A stretch of DNA of 64,000 nt from NCBI GenBank assembly GCA_963822585.1, contig CAWGIE010000019.1, positions 192,001 through 256,000 on the forward strand, written 5' to 3'. The notes under the pieces were generated by a model that worked only from the letters and a program-made list of their open reading frames with translations, was not told the DNA's origin and did not search any database. This document shows, piece by piece, positions 61,801-64,000 of the stretch (position 1 is the first letter of the stretch; each line of letters opens with the position of its first letter). Position numbers and translations under genes: made by a program. Source of the DNA: an uncultured bacterium (GTDB lineage Bacteria; Auribacterota; Erginobacteria; Erginobacterales; Erginobacteraceae).

Positions 61801-63792
61801 CTAGAGAGGGACTTCGGCCTCCAGAACCGTCCCCCCTTCCGGTTTCGTTTCTATCTTTAAAACGCCCCCCACCGAATCAAGCCGCTCGTGCATTCCCAAA
61901 ATTCCCAGGTTGCCAATCTTCTTCTCTTGAGCAAAACCTTTCCCGTTATCAGAGATACTCAAGACTATCTTTCCGGTCGACTGCTTGATCCGAATCCTGA
62001 CAGCGGTCGCTCTTGAATGCCTGATAATGTTGGTCAAAGCCTCCTGGGCTACCCGGTAGAGAGTGAGCTCTTTCAGGGGGTCAATTCTCACCGGCAGCTT
62101 CCTCGGCGCAAACGTGATGTCAAGGCCGCTCAACTCAGTCAAGATGGCGACTTCGTTCTCGATGGCGGCGCTCAAGCCGAAGTCGTCCAGAATGTCCGGC
62201 CGGAGGCGGACGTAGATGCGGCGGGCGTCTTCCTGCGCCCTGTCCAGCAGACCGGTCGCCTTTTCCAGCCCCTCCAGCACCGACTCCTCCAAACCGGGAT
62301 GATCCCGGGTGAGCATTCTCAAGTGAAGCTTGACGGCGGCCAGGAGCTGCCCGATCTGGTCGTGCAACTCCCGGGAGATTCTCCTCCTCTCCTCTTCCTG
62401 AAAGTTGATCAACGACTCCGCCAGCTTTTTCAGCTGCTCGGCTTCCTTCGCTTTCTGGCGCTCGGTGATGTCGATCCCGTAAACGTTGATATAGTCTCCT
62501 TCCTGCACGGGGGCAAATGTCAGAAGAAGGAGGCGGTCGTCGCAGGTCATCTCGACTTCCCGGCGGGCGCCGGAGTTGAGGGCGTCAATCGTCAAACGGA
62601 ACCATCTTCCGGGCAGCTTCCGGCCGACCCGGCAGCCCCAGGCCTTCAATACGGGGGAACTGGCCTGATTGGCGTATCGGACGGTGCCGTCTTTATCAAT
62701 CCTGAGAACGGGGTAGGGATTCTCGCTCGGGAATTTCGATAACTCGGCCAGTCTCTCTTCCGCCCGCTGCCGTGCCTGGACCATCCGCATATTATGCAGG
62801 GCAAAGGCGATATCCCCGGCAACCTCGGCAAAAAGCGATTTTTCGTCATCATCAGTAGTGATGTGTCCAGGGATGGACGCGGTCAGGACTCCGTATCGTT
62901 CATTTCCGTATTCCAGCCGGGTACTTATCCCTTTCCTTCCTTTGTATCCGCACGATAAGGGGCATTCGGGGCATTCCGAAAAAGGATCCCGGATGATGGT
63001 GATCCCGGGCCGGTTCAAAGCCCGGCGAAAACAGGAAGGATAATCCCCGTCTTTCAGCTTGTTCGCCAGCAGTGAGAATTTCCTGCCCAGGCCGGATTCA
63101 GCCCACCGCAGAAGATTGCCGTCATCATCGAGCAGCGCGATCCAGGCGTTTTTATAGCTCCGGGTCCTGACCAGGGCATCGCAGACCCCTTTCAACAACC
63201 CGGCCTGGTCTTTTTCCCGGGCGATAACCTGGCCGACACCTTTGATAGCCCATAAAACGGCATTGAGGTGGTTGGTTCTTTCCTCCAGGCGATTACGTTC
63301 GGTGACGTCCCGCTGGATTGAGATGGAATGCAGAATCTTCTTATCCGCCCCTCTTACCGCGCTGCTGCTGAGGAGGACAGCCCGTTTCTCTCCTTTTTTT
63401 GAGATAATAACCAGTTTCTCGTCTCGCAACTTTCCGGTTTTTTTCCACTTCGCGAGGAGTCCCTTTATCTTTTTCAGCGACTCGGGAGCGTAAATCTTCC
63501 TGACCGCCTGCCCGACCAATTCTTCCTTTTTATACCCCAGCGCCCGGAGAGCGGCGCGGTTCGCATTCAGGATAATACCCTTCGGCGAAATCATGTAGCA
63601 GTAGGCCGGCGCCCCTTCGAAGAACAGCCGGAACCGTTCCTCGCTTTCCAGCAGCAGCCGGTTCGTGCGGTCGCATTCCTCCGCGATCTTCTCCAGTTCC
63701 GCGACCCGGCGACGGAGATAGGCTCGTTCGTCCGCAGGTATTTTTTTCCTAACAGTTATTTTCTTCATCGTTGTCTTGCTGCGCCATGCCAC
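61801..63792 (-). CDS. cytoplasmic PAS-GAF-PAS sensor histidine kinase (HisKA_3)
   Basis: QEEERRRISRELHDQIGQ, LRP.ILDD.GL, QEALTN..RH, DNGKGF, G..GM.ER; no TM helices; start may be 63768. Confidence 0.93.
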   Translation of the reverse strand: MAWRSKTTMKKITVRKKIPADERAYLRRRVAELEKIAEECDRTNRLLLESEERFRLFFEGAPAYCYMISPKGIILNANRAALRALGYKKEELVGQAVRKIYAPESLKKIKGLLAKWKKTGKLRDEKLVIISKKGEKRAVLLSSSAVRGADKKILHSISIQRDVTERNRLEERTNHLNAVLWAIKGVGQVIAREKDQAGLLKGVCDALVRTRSYKNAWIALLDDDGNLLRWAESGLGRKFSLLANKLKDGDYPSCFRRALNRPGITIIRDPFSECPECPLSCGYKGRKGISTRLEYGNERYGVLTASIPGHITTDDDEKSLFAEVAGDIAFALHNMRMVQARQRAEERLAELSKFPSENPYPVLRIDKDGTVRYANQASSPVLKAWGCRVGRKLPGRWFRLTIDALNSGARREVEMTCDDRLLLLTFAPVQEGDYINVYGIDITERQKAKEAEQLKKLAESLINFQEEERRRISRELHDQIGQLLAAVKLHLRMLTRDHPGLEESVLEGLEKATGLLDRAQEDARRIYVRLRPDILDDFGLSAAIENEVAILTELSGLDITFAPRKLPVRIDPLKELTLYRVAQEALTNIIRHSRATAVRIRIKQSTGKIVLSISDNGKGFAQEKKIGNLGILGMHERLDSVGGVLKIETKPEGGTVLEAEVPL

Positions 63793-64000
63793 AGAACACA
63801 GTGCCTGCGGCGCTAACTTTTTGTTTCAGCAATGTCCCGGGATTGAATAGATGAAGTGATTATCCCCGAAGGTGATATCCGGTTATCAGTTTATCAGTGG
63901 GAAGAATACCGGGGTATCAGGTTATCAGGCGAGGCCGGCATCGCCATCTGATCTTCTGATAATCTGATCCCCTTCCTACTGATCTCCTGATTATCTGATC

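Overview
A GC-rich chromosomal window from a probably anaerobic, Gram-negative bacterium. The gene styles suggest a PVC-superphylum-type lineage, but that is inference. No rRNA, tRNA, CRISPR array or intact transposase was seen. (1) 0-16 kb is a sulfur locus. xdhC-like, mnmA and Cys-type thi4 run divergently from an Rrf2(CymR-like)-led operon. That operon holds APS reductase, a PiT/CysP permease, a JAMM protease, hemA-hemC-cobA/hemD-hemB-hemL, a ThiS-like carrier, cysK, a PP-loop thiolase, a sulfite reductase-TusA fusion, a thrC/moaD deletion scar and MoeB. Together these resemble a protein-thiocarboxylate sulfur-assimilation pathway. (2) 16-25 kb has yyaL/DsbD-N and an Rrf2-ferredoxin-cupin-hcp / fprA nitrosative-oxidative stress block. 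(3) 25-42 kb has tamAB, DedA, a MORN-repeat protein, two paralogous putative OM proteins, sixA/DUF202/HAD/hisJ and metY-metX. (4) 42-64 kb is the most unusual part. It has a VTC polyphosphate-polymerase domain, DUF4956, an HlyD-like protein and a giant secreted CotH-kinase/metallophosphatase, then DUF3616, a second giant P/T-linker surface protein and a NarL-type two-component system. The two giant proteins share a six-repeat C-terminal module ending GDLPVTR. The CotH gene and the receiver gene directly upstream of the second giant gene share a 24-bp palindromic box abutting a -35 element. Intergenic DNA is densely filled with modular REP-like palindromes. Several single-base homopolymer frameshifts look like assembly errors.
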